From Chrysomallon squamiferum (lineage: Eukaryota > Animalia > Mollusca), in the NCBI GenBank assembly GCA_012295275.1, contig CM022669.1, positions 7,564,001 to 7,628,000 on the forward strand: a stretch of DNA of 64,000 nucleotides, given 5' to 3'. How positions within the stretch are numbered: the stretch's first letter is position 1; every line of letters starts with the position of its first letter. Position numbers and translations under genes: made by a program. Shown piece by piece: positions 52,256-64,000 of the stretch. The notes under the pieces were generated by a model, which was given only the letters and a program-made list of their open reading frames with translations, was not told the DNA's origin and did no database searches.

Positions 52256-53733
52256 AAAACAACAAGTATTTTAGAGTCAGCTTTGGTGTATTTGTTATGC
52301 ATTATCATGCTTTCATTTTTATTTATTCATATTATTTTTGTTTTCATATATATATATATCAAATATTCTGCACCAAATAAAAAGCACTTCTGTGCCTCTT
52401 TCATACAACGTGTAAAACACTTGTGTATGACTGCACATTAACACCTACACCATTTTTCATGGACTAATTTTTAGTGCATAGACACTTCAAAAACTCAACT
52501 GAATAGATTTTACAGACATTTTAATATTTCAGGAGCATTTCCTAGCTTGAAATTATGTGACTTCAGATAGATAGATATATATATATAAAGATCATCATTA
52601 ATATAACACATTACATAACACATTTTAATTTGTCTTGTTTTGGTTGCTGTGTTTTTCTTCTCTCTTCCCCCCACCCTAAGTTTTTAAATATGGTAACATA
52701 ATTTTTCAGATTCGATATAAATTTGCCATATGTAATTATACTTTATATATAATGAATGTAAAGATAACGTTTTGTTTTGTGTGTCTGTGTGTGTGTGTGT
52801 GTGTGTGTGTTGTTTATTAAGGAGTAGTTGTTATTTGTATGAAGAAGAAAAAAACATTGTATCAATATGTTAAACAAAGTTTAATGCCTGGAAAAATATT
52901 GGAAAATCTCTAGCCTTGCCTAGTAGATAATGTGTGTGTTTTATTGATAACGTGAATGTATAAGCTTCTTGGAAGGTCCAGTCCTATCCGGGATGGAGGG
53001 AAGGTAGCTTTGCATTACAATGATAGAACATTTTAATAAAATAAATGTATTTTTTGTTGTTGTTTTTGTTTTGTTTCCTGTTGTTTTGTTTTGGGGTTTT
53101 TTTGTTGTTTTTTTGTGGTCAGGGTTTTTTTGTGGGATCGGTGATGGTGGAGTTGTTTTTTTTTTTTTTTTTTCTTTTGGTTTTGGAGTAATTTCTTTCG
53201 TTGAAATCGTTAACAAGAAATGCTTATTCTTCTTCTTCTTATATTCTTTCTTTCTGTTTCTTTTTTTGTTTTTGTTTTTGTTTTTTGAGTCTTATACAGG
53301 ATCGAGCCACCTTACGTTGGCTTTCACTTAATCTATCAATGTATATTTTCATAATGAGAAGGAACCGTATCAACATGATCTGCATACTTACTATTTATGG
53401 GGAGGGAAAGCATTTCTTGCTTTGTTTTTTTTTTTCCACCTCAGATATTAATTAATAACGAAGTATAACAAAACAGTGTACTGTTAAGAAGACCTGAATA
53501 CCAACGTTTTACTTTAGTCTTGACAACATCACAGCTACATAGCACACTGAGTTCTTCTCGTTTCTTTCAGACTTGTCAGAAAGAGAAAAAGATACTTTAT
53601 TGTTAACCATGATAAATCACTCAAAACAAACAAAATAATACATTGCAAGTCTAAAGACTTTTTTTTAAGACCATTCAGTCATTCCTACACTTTAACTTTC
53701 TTTTGGGCCTTAGTAATTCTCTCTCGCGCGCGT

Positions 53734-53786
<53 letters not shown>

Positions 53787-54063
53787 TTTCTGAAGTTGTA
53801 ATAGTAACAGCGATGAACTGTTTTACTGTAGTTTAAGATTAGTAAATATACTCAAAATTACAGACATCTTTAAACCTAAACTGCTAAAGATTATCTATCC
53901 TTTGATAAATAATTTTTCTAAATGTTTTACTTTTTTAAATTACACAAGAGACGCACACGAACACATACCCACTCATACTCGTAAAACACTGTAGTCGTGC
54001 TGCAGTCAGAAATGTTAAACATAAGTACAGTTATAATCAATTTTATTTTGTTGTGTAAACAAG

Positions 54064-55150
54064 AAGTTGGCTACTGGTTTAAAAAACACAACCAAGTCAA
54101 TATATGATTTAAACAAAACCCAGAACACGGTTCCAAAAGTTGGTTTACCAGAACTCATCATTCAGCATTTTGATGATGAATCAGTCACCAGTTTATTAAA
54201 TGATGTTGCCAGGATTGTTGCCAGACAAACTAACTTTCCGGGCACACAGACCAAAGATCATGGAAAGAAAACTAAAATTGCCACCAATGGAAACATTTCT
54301 GATGGTGATGTTCCTGATTCAAACATTTCTGATGGTGATGTTCCTGATTCAAACATTTCTGATGGTGATGTTCCTGATTCAAGTAAAGGAAACTCACTCA
54401 GAAAATAAAACAACAGGTAAAGGTGTTCAAATTCTCCTACATTGTAACTTCTTACATAGATCCGTGGGGTTGTTTTGTTTTTGTGTTCTTTTCTCTTTTT
54501 ATTATCGTTATTTTAATTAATTTATTGATTTGTTGTAACTTTCGGGGGGATGTCTGGTATGTTCACAGATTTCAACTCAGTTCTTAAAACTGAAAAATCA
54601 AGGTGGACTTGTTCCCAAACCTATCCCCCCACACACACACACACACATTCCCACATATTTATGTTGTTTACAGCAAGGTACAACAAGAAATTTTAAATAT
54701 GAAAATTTTGTTGCCCCACATTTTGATGAAAATGAGAGTTCTAAAGACAAGGTAGAAATGTCTCAAAACACAGCATCAAAGAAAAATATATCCTTCAGCA
54801 AAGACGTGGAAAAGTAATTTCGTTTTTTTGTGTCTTTATTTAGTTAAGTTCTAACTCTCAGTTTATACTCAAATTAAACAGGAATTTTGTTACAGAGTAA
54901 AATGTTAATGATCTGTCGGTGTAGGTGTGTGGTAAACTTGATTTAAGAAAGTAGCTTCATAGTTTATTTAGTAGAATTTAAAGTATCGTATAAAGGTTAT
55001 AGTGTAGAAAGGAATGTTAAAATTGTGATAAAATCAGTGATTTTTAACTAAAGTTTATTTTAGCAGAAAATACATCAACAACTCAGTCAAATGTTGCAAA
55101 CTGTCAGCTCAAACATTTATAAATATCACATTAATGTAAGACATACAGGT
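54064..55150 (+). pseudogene. Exon-like fragments of an unrelated gene
   Basis: Protein-like frames with splice signals: 54064-54417 (PELIIQHFDDESVTSLLNDVARIV, donor cag/gtaaag), 54674-54813 (tttacag/QGTTRNFKYENFVAPHFDE...) and ~55064-55148. No start codon and the phases are inconsistent. A truncated copy lies at ~45957-46055. Confidence 0.4.
54291..54380 (+). repeat. 30-bp perfect tandem repeat x3
   Basis: AAACATTTCTGATGGTGATGTTCCTGATTC three times (translates as NISDGDVPDS). Confidence 0.95.
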
Positions 55151-55419
55151 AACATTTTGTTTTCAGTATTTTCAATAGTGATAATTGATAAAATTTAATA
55201 CTCTCAAAAATAGATAAGAGAAATTACGTGATATATTCTAGAACTGTGTGGTGATCTCTGGAAATTAATCCAGAACATTGACATGAAAGTCAACTCTCAT
55301 GTTTATAGAGTAATTCTCTTTTTTCTAAAAAAAAAAAAAAAAAAAAAACCCCCCAAAAACAAAAGTGTTCTTCTTTATAAACTTTTTATTTATTATTATT
55401 GTCGTTACTGTTGTTGTTG

Positions 55420-55481
<62 letters not shown>

Positions 55482-55577
55482 ATAGAAAAATGTTTATACT
55501 TCTCCTAGCCAAACAATTTGTAAAATGAAGATTACTTTTTGATGGCCTAAGCTGATTTTAAAGATTCATTTTTGAGT

Positions 55578-55651
<74 letters not shown>

Positions 55652-55843
55652 TATGTTTCTCTACGTTAAAGATTGATTGTTTCAAACGCATTTTCTTTTC
55701 TGTGATAAATTTAATTACCAAATTTGCACTGATTGCAACTTTTTGTATTCAAAGCTGAAAGATGAAAGATGAAAATAATAGAAATTAAGTATAATATGAA
55801 TGACAGTGATAAATATTTTAAATAAGTAAAAAATGTAAGTAAG

Positions 55844-55928
<85 letters not shown>

Positions 55929-57005
55929 CTTCTTCCTAACAAAAAAAATCTGTAAAATGAAGATTACTTTTTCATAACCTAAGCTCATTTTAAAGACCAA
56001 AATAATGCATTTGGATAAGCAATGATTTGCAGTTTGTGCATTTTTTTTTTTTTCTTCTACCTAATACCTGTTGCAGCGGCAGCACATCATTTTAAAGCAA
56101 AATAAAGAGGACAAATATGAACTGACACGCTTTATTAATATTTGTGACATAAAATTATAAAATTAAATTAGTGTTCGCTTTCAAAACCGATGTGTACATC
56201 TGTTCCAATGCTTTTCGTTACGCCTAGCCTTAGGATGCTAACGGTGCGAGCTAAGTCGCATCACAAGATAGCGCAGGATCGGGATCGTCAGAATGCGCAA
56301 CGCAATCTTAAAATAGTCCAGATCGTCAGATCGCAGGAAATACAAGCACTGTTTCATAAAGCCTCGTTTTAAAAATAAAATTCCCGGAAGACATTGTGAT
56401 TTCCATATCGAAAATTTTTGTTGTCGTTGTCGCTTTGTATGATGATTTTTGAATAGTAAATATTAAACATTAAATGTTAAAAATGTATAAATCTAAATAC
56501 ACATTCATGTTAATCTGAATTTCAAATCGTAGTTGCTTGTCATAAAATTTCTGACGAGTCATGCGTTTCATGCGAGATCGGAGATCTTCGACTTTGGAGA
56601 CGGCCTGCTAGAACTAGAATTTGAACTAAAATTAAGTATCCAGATAACCGGTGAAAAGAGTCTCAAAAAAAAAAAAAAATTAAGGTAATAACATTGATAT
56701 CATATTAACTTTTTTATTCATGTGTTTATGACGATTTGAACACATGCCATTTGAAATGGAGTCGTGACAACTTCACACACAACAGATTGATGGTTCATTA
56801 GTTCTAATAGTTGTAGTTCGTCTGACAACACTTGAAATAGAAGAAACTTTAGAGCAAATTACCTGGCTCCTTTACAGAGTGTTGTCACAACAATAGAAAT
56901 ATGGCAGCATTCAGATATTTTTGAAATGTATTCTTTTGTTTTTATATTTTGTTATTGATGAAAATACAAATAAATTATAACTTGGAAGTAGGCAGAATAT
57001 TGTGA

Positions 57006-57036
<31 letters not shown>

Positions 57037-57816
57037 TTTTAATTTAATTTTTTTTATTGATTTTTTATTGATCTTTTGATTTTAATCTCACGAAGGTGCA
57101 CCTGAATATTAATAATAATATATATTTTAACCTTGAACATAAACCATTTTTAATTTATGTTTAGCTTATTAATAAAGTGATCGTTTCCAGTACCATTTCC
57201 CTGTGCCTTACAACATCATTCATGCAAAAGAAATGGTTAATTCCAATTATTTCCTTTAAAAGAAAAGAGACATGGAGCATATTTTGAAATATTGGGACAA
57301 GTCAGTTGAATTCGGTTACAAATGCTTTTTTATGTTACAAAGTTTAAGTTTTACATACCTTAATTTACATGACAGTTTTTATTAATATAAAATATAAAAT
57401 ATTATACAGTTTTGACAGGACAAAGATCTTTGAGGTACATATTTGTTTTAATATCTCACAGTGACCATAAATAAGATAAAACTGAATGTTGGTAAACAAA
57501 ATTTTTAACTTATATAAGATTTGTTAATTTTCAAAGCACCCTTTATTTCCCACAAAGATGTTTTATAAAAACAATCAAAAGTGTTTTCCAAGAATCCAAC
57601 CTGGAATGCCTCCTATAATAACTATCTGTTGATACAAACTGGTAAAAGAAAGCTTTGTGATGGTAATAGATTTCTATTCTTCAGAACCATTCATGAAATC
57701 TGAAAAGAGTTTTAAAATTGTATTTATTTATACTGGGGTTATTTATTTATTTATTTTTTTTAACTTCTTTTTTTAAAGTTTATTATTATTATCATTATTT
57801 TTATATTATTTTTAAA

Positions 57817-57856
<40 letters not shown>

Positions 57857-57864
57857 TTATACAG

Positions 57865-58302
57865 ATGTCAAGAAATAATTCAAATGATAAAGTTGTTGAA
57901 GATGCCTCTTTAGATGAAAGTAAGTAAAGATAATTAATGTGTTTATTATAGAGTGTAGCTGACTTTCTCTTAGAAATATCTTATTTTTTTTTTCTTTCTT
58001 TCTTTCTTAATTATTTTTTATTTTTATTTTTAATTAGTAGAAACACTGCAAATATTATTTCACAAAACACTGTTTTTCCAGTATTTTCCTGGAAACTAGT
58101 GAATACTTCTTTCACGTTCTTTTAAGTTATTTTCATCATTTTCATTTGTAATAAACATGCTTGAATCTGTTTAGAAATGTTTAAAATGTACTCTCCCTCA
58201 ACAAATAGCCTGCCTATCTATACACAATATATTTTACAATAAGATTTGGAGTATGCTTTAGTTTTATTCAATTACTTATAAGAAAACTTTTGGTTGTCTT
58301 TT

Positions 58303-58338
<36 letters not shown>

Positions 58339-58489
58339 TATTTATGTATTTGCTATTAAAGTGTTTGAAAGATGAATAAATGACCCAAATTAACAGACAT
58401 ATTGTGCAGTCAAATAGTAAACCCACTGGAGTCTGTCCCAGTAAAATCTTCATTAATATCTGAAGAAGGTCAAATAAAGCAAAGATATC

Positions 58490-58520
<31 letters not shown>

Positions 58521-61500
58521 CTTTAATGAAAACTATCAAGTATAGTTATTATTTTAGTTAAAAAAATTAGAGACAAATATTGATGTTTCTTATAATTAAT
58601 TACATGTAACTGATTATAACAGTAAAAACTTACATTTACTCTAATCAGTCTTGTATTTCTTTATCTTTATGTTTCAGTAGGTGACAGTGGATTTACGTCT
58701 CTTCCTGCTAGTTTAGGAGATAATGTGTCTAGTTCTAATAATTCTACTGTTTCACTGCCTGACAATGTATCCAGTGCATCCATGTCAAGTTTTGACTTTC
58801 TAAATGAGTCCTACACTGATGAAGAAGTGCAGGAATACGTTTGGATGATGGATTATGGTCTTAAGGAAGAATACCAGGATGCTCTGGTTTTGTTCTGTGA
58901 CGATGATTATATGTTTGTAGAGGAGTTTTGTAAAGGTCTCAGTAAGATATTACTCAGAAACAAGAAGCCTCCTAAAGTTATAAAATGTTCAGATTTTGCC
59001 CCTGAGGTAACTTCAAGAATTAAGAATTTAGAATTTGCTCTGGAACGATGTACTTACATTTTTCTGTTTCTTACAAAACATTTTGTAAATGATACATGGA
59101 CTGAGTTTTCTGGTGAAACTTGTCTAATGGAGGCCATAAACAATCCAGAAAAACGATGGTGTGTGGTGCCAGTTTTCACAGAACCAAAGAGAAGCTGCTC
59201 ATTTAAAATACCTCCAAGTCTGAATTCTCTGAAAGGAGTCCAGTACTGGAATGGTCCTGATGACAAATTCTACAAAGAATCTGTGAAAAAACTTTTAGAA
59301 GAAAGGCAGCACATTCGACTGAGAAATGAGGCCATTTTAAGGAAAAAGAGAAGGAAGTGGGTTAAAGAATTCAAGACTGATGAATACATTAGAAAGAAAC
59401 TAGAAGAAGAGGAACAAAAGCAGCAACGTCAGATGCTTGAAACTCGGATTAGCTCAACTCTGCCTTCTACTTCTATTAATAAACAACAGAATGAAGGTAT
59501 GTACAAATATGAAGAAGGCAACCACTTTCATCCAGTTACTGAGTCAAGGGAAGATGGTGCTGTAACTGAAGAACAGGTGGTCCTGCAAGGGGCCAGCAGG
59601 TCCCAAAGTTTTTCTGAGACAAAATGTAACAACCTTGATACCAATGTTTCTGAAGATGCTGTTTCTTTTGTATCAGATTCCCAGATTATGCCAAATCAAA
59701 AACAGTTTAATCAAGGAGCAGTTCCACAGAATATGCTACAACAGAGACACTTGAATCAAGGACCTTTTCTACAGAATGTGCCACAACAGAGACAGTTGAA
59801 TCAATATCCTGTTTGAATCAATATGAATCCTGTTGCAGTTCCACAGAATATGCCACAACACACCAGTTGAATCAAGGATCAGTTCAACAGAATATGCCAC
59901 AACAGAGACAGTTAAATCAAGGAGCAGTTCAACAGACTATGCCACAACAGAGACAGTTAAATCAAGGAGCAGTTCAACAGAATATGCCACAACAGAGACA
60001 GTTAAATCAAGGACTAGTTCAACAGAATATGCCACAACAGAGACAGTTAAATCAAGGACTAGTTCAACAGAATATGCCACAACAGAGACAGTTAAATCAA
60101 GGAGCAGTTCAACAGAATATGCCACAACAGAGACAGTTAAATCAAGGAGCAGTTCAACAGAATATGCCACAACAGAGACAGTTAAATCAAGGACCAGTTC
60201 AACAGAATATGCCACAACAGAGACAGTTAAATCAAGGAGCAGTTCAACAGAATATGCCACAACAGAGACAGTTAAATCAAGGAGCAGTTCAACAGAATAT
60301 GCCACAACAGAGACAGTTAAATCAAGGAGCAGTTCAACAGAATATGCCATATCAGAGACAATTCAATCAAGGACCTCTTCAACAGAATATGTCCTATAAT
60401 ATACCACAAACAGGAATGCCCCAAAGTGCTCTCCCAAGTTACAAGTTTCAGCCATTTGTTGACCAGTCACAAAAGTATTTTCTCAGTCAGAAAGTATGAT
60501 GCCAGACAAAATATATATATGATGCTAAACAAATACACATCCATAACTATTATTATCCACCAGCTTCAGAACAGAAACCTGTGAACATAATCCAGCCAAA
60601 GTATGTTCAGATTGGAGATCACAATGTTTTGGCAGGTGTTAATGATCGTGAGGAAAGCACAAACAGTCTGATAGAGGAGAGTGACCAAAGTATACAATCC
60701 ATGTCAGTCGGGTGAGTGGTAAATTCACTTGCAATACTATCATACTTTATAGTTGTTCCATGATAAATCAGATAAAAAAAAAAAAAAAAAAAAAAAAAAG
60801 ATAACAAAAAGATCAATTAAGCAAGAGATTTGTGAAGAAATAAAATTAATTACTTCATTTGAATAAAATATTCATTAATATTTAATATTTAGGTGAAATT
60901 AAAACAACTTTAATTGTGTCTAAAACCCAAATTTAGCAGATCAAATTAATACAAGGTTTTATGTTCAATTTGTTGCAGGGCAATAGAAAATCTATACATA
61001 CCAGAACAGCCTCTGGCTTCCCCTACAGTTTCAGCTGTTTCTCAGGACAACCTGCCCAGTGACAGAGATGTAACCTATTCACCTCAAACCTGTGTTAAGA
61101 ACACTGGAGAGCCAGTCTTGCCTAACATGGCACCAGAAGCACTAGAAAACCCTGCTGCTGCACCTTTCAGATCCACAAACAACTCTTCAAAACCTGTTTG
61201 CATGATACCACCATTTAATGCAGAAGAAATGAATAAAAGAAGCTGTTTCCCAAATACAGAAATTCAGTGTACTCCTAATCTATTAGGAGAACCATCAGAG
61301 GAAAATTATGCAGAAGAACAAACACAACCAAAAGTCATTGATGATGATGATGAAGATGAAGATGATGATCAGACTTTACTGAAACAACATCATGTACATG
61401 TAAGTCCTCACTCTGATTCAGCTTGCATCTGCTCCTTTCAATCTGTGACCACAGTAGGTGATGGTCCACATCAGTCAAATCCAGGTAGTACATCAGGCAT

Positions 61501-62451
61501 TTCTGTAATCTATATTCATACTTTTAAGGTAGTATGTTACAGAGTTGTTTAGTAAAATACATATCTTTAGTAACAGTCACTTTTTCTACCATCAAACATA
61601 TATATGGGAATATGCCAATTCAAATCTAGATAGCTGCTGGCTTCGACAGTTTTAATAATGATATTAATTTTGTTTTATTACGTAGTTCTAAAACCATTTC
61701 ATACAGTTTATTGCATTTTCCTTAGACACTGTTGGTTAAGCTGTAGAAAAATGACCTATTTAATAATACTTGTGGGTTGGGGTTGGACACACCAGAGATA
61801 CTTTTTTATTATATTTCTATCATGTGACACCTGAGGTACAAAAGATACTAACAAAATTTAATTTATTTTTTTATTTTTTTATTTTCTAAATGGTTTAAAC
61901 TGTTTGCACCATTGCAGCTACAGTTTGAAAAGAAACTAATAAAACAAATGATGTATAAATTTGCTTCTTAGCTTGTTTTAACCATTAACCTATTTATAGT
62001 GTGCTTTCTGATTGTCTGCTTTTAATTTCATTAATCATCTCTGTAAATTAAAAAGATAAACTTCCACCATTTCTATAAAATATATGTTAATATTTTAAAA
62101 AGTCTAATTCAGATCGAGAATATAAACGTGAAACCTTGCATACATATGCTTGACAACAAACCTGCAAACACATACATACACACACAAATATTTACGTAAT
62201 ACATCTTTTTTTTTTTCTTTTTTTTTTTAGGACTAGAAGAAAGAAGAAATAAAAGCAGAATAAATGAAGCCAGTGACACAAGTTGTGAACAGAATGGAAG
62301 CAGTTTTGTGGATCCGAACTTTTATAATGTTCCTTTCAGGTCTTGCAGAAAGAGTGAACTTCAGCAGAGTAATTCAGCAAATGTGGCTGAATTAAATAAT
62401 AATGATAATAATGAAACAGACAAATTGTATAATAACTGTTTTATTATGTGA
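57865..62451 (+). pseudogene. TICAM/TRIF-like TIR gene copy C: intact TIR, disrupted downstream (truncated allele, pseudogene or assembly error)
   Basis: Exons 57865-57919, 58681-60711, 60979-61484 and 62231-62451 mirror copy B. The frame is open through the TIR to TGA 59814-59816, with further indels at ~59860, ~60472 and ~60510. The downstream VQIG RHIM and CFIM* remain readable. Confidence 0.75.
59688..60391 (+). repeat. 45-bp coding minisatellite, ~15 units (QQRQLNQGAVQQNMP)
   Basis: Unit CCACAACAGAGACAGTTAAATCAAGGAGCAGTTCAACAGAATATG. Copies A and B each have a single homologous unit. Confidence 0.95.
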
Positions 62452-62522
62452 AAAACAACAAGTATTTTAGAGTCAGTTCTGGTGTATTTTTTATGTATTA
62501 TTATGCTTTCGTTTTTATTTAT

Positions 62523-62558
<36 letters not shown>

Positions 62559-63252
62559 AACCCACAAATATCTACTATCTGTGTATACCATAGTTCCCAT
62601 TTTAAGGCATTTAGGACAAATATCCCCTAAAGTGCAATTTTTCCAATTAGATTGATGATCATGTGTGATTTTTGTCAGCATTCTAGTACACAAACAGCTT
62701 TCCTTTTAATAATTTAAATAATAAGAGGAAAGAATAATTTATAAAGCTGTCTAGATCACAAAACATAAAATGATATTTTTTTTTTTGACTAACACTTCTT
62801 TGTCTCCATCACTTACCCATGAAATGCTCTGAACTGCAAATGCTTTTTGTTTTCCAATGTTTTTTTTTCTTGCATCAAACAGTTTCAACTAAATTAAAAA
62901 GTGCATCTGTGAATCTTTCAAACAAAGTGTAAAAGACTTGTGTATGCCTGCACATTAACACCTACACCATTTTTCATTGACTAATTTTTAGTGCATAGAC
63001 AACAGAACAGATTTTACAGAAGTTTTAATATTTCCTGGTGCATTTCCAAGCTTGAAATCATGTGATTTCATATATATAATTTTATGTTGCCTTATTAAAG
63101 ATCATATTAAAGCTTTTTTCTGAAGGTGTGATCAGCAAATTAGTAGTAGAAGGAATAGTAATCATCAAAAAATGAAAGTAATAATAATAATAATTCTGCT
63201 TATGTTCATAATAAATACATTTTTACATTGTTGTCATTACTACTACTACTAC

Positions 63253-63315
<63 letters not shown>

Positions 63316-64000
63316 CATTGATCGTGACTTTAATCATGTTTAAAATGAATTCTGAAGCTAAAATTTGTCAATTAATACTATAACAAAAATTAAAAAGTAA
63401 ATGCTGATTTATACATTTATTTAAAACACATGGGTGTGTATGTCTGTGAATGTGTTGAAAATGTCCAACAAATGAATCAGCAGTATTGATTTAATTATAT
63501 TCTAACAATTACATAAAGCAACATTTTAATTTTTATCGTTTTCATTGTTGGGGGTTTTCTTGTGGGGTTTTTCTTCTCCACCCCCCCCACAATTATTAAA
63601 TATGATAACAGAATTTTGCAACTTTTATATAAATTTACCGTGTGTAATTATACTTAATATATAATGAATGTAAAATACAATTTTTTGCTGTATGTGTGTG
63701 TTGTTTATTAAGGAACAGTTGATGCTTCTTATGAAGAAAAAGAACATTGTATTAATATGTTAAACAAAGTTTTTATTACAGCGTTAACTGTAAAAATTGT
63801 GGAACTAAATTATCAGTAAGTGCTTTTATCAAACTTAATCGCGTACTGGAATACGTGTATTGGTTCAGAACGTTTTTAAAATTCTAAATAAGTTTCTAAA
63901 ATATAAACCATATATATAATTTTTTATAATTGAATTTATTGATTCGTTTTGTACATTTAAGATGTATTTGAGGTAAAACAGAAATAGTGCTTATTGTAAA

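Noticed and set aside
59805-59870. Programmed readthrough or frameshifting to restore copy C
   Set aside because: At least three recoding events would be needed to reach the RHIM, and no slippery site is evident. Mutation or assembly error is simpler.
59833-60399. Alternative-frame repeat ORFs (STEYATTETVKSR and the minus-strand VVAYSVELLLDL)
   Set aside because: They are by-products of a stop-free 45-bp repeat. Homology with A and B identifies the Q/N frame as ancestral.

Overview
AT-rich, microsatellite-dense, intron-containing animal DNA. It is probably molluscan or another invertebrate; this is inferred from composition and gene content only. Nearly all ORFs in the supplied track are simple-repeat artefacts, so the real genes were assembled by hand from GT-AG exons. 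Layout: (1) 1-14 kb is non-coding, with CpG-richer regulatory islands. (2) UQCR11 (+). (3) Two tandem microprotein ORFs (-), one of them PIGBOS1-like and absent from the ORF track. (4) A ~16-exon unidentified multi-pass membrane protein gene (+). (5) From 36.8 kb, a cluster of four TICAM-type (TRIF/TRAM-like) TIR genes: one short TRAM-like gene (-) head-to-head with three tandem TRIF-like paralogues A, B and C (+). The main result is the spliced architecture of copy B: TIR, basic coiled coil, RHIM-like amyloid motif, then a C-terminal CaaX prenylation box. The paralogues differ in exactly these output modules. A has lost both RHIM and CaaX. B has a cryptic VIFG RHIM and CFII. C has a canonical VQIG RHIM, CFIM and a ~15-copy Q/N-rich repeat, but these lie behind stops and frameshifts. 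Family assignments rest on recalled motifs, not on database searches.
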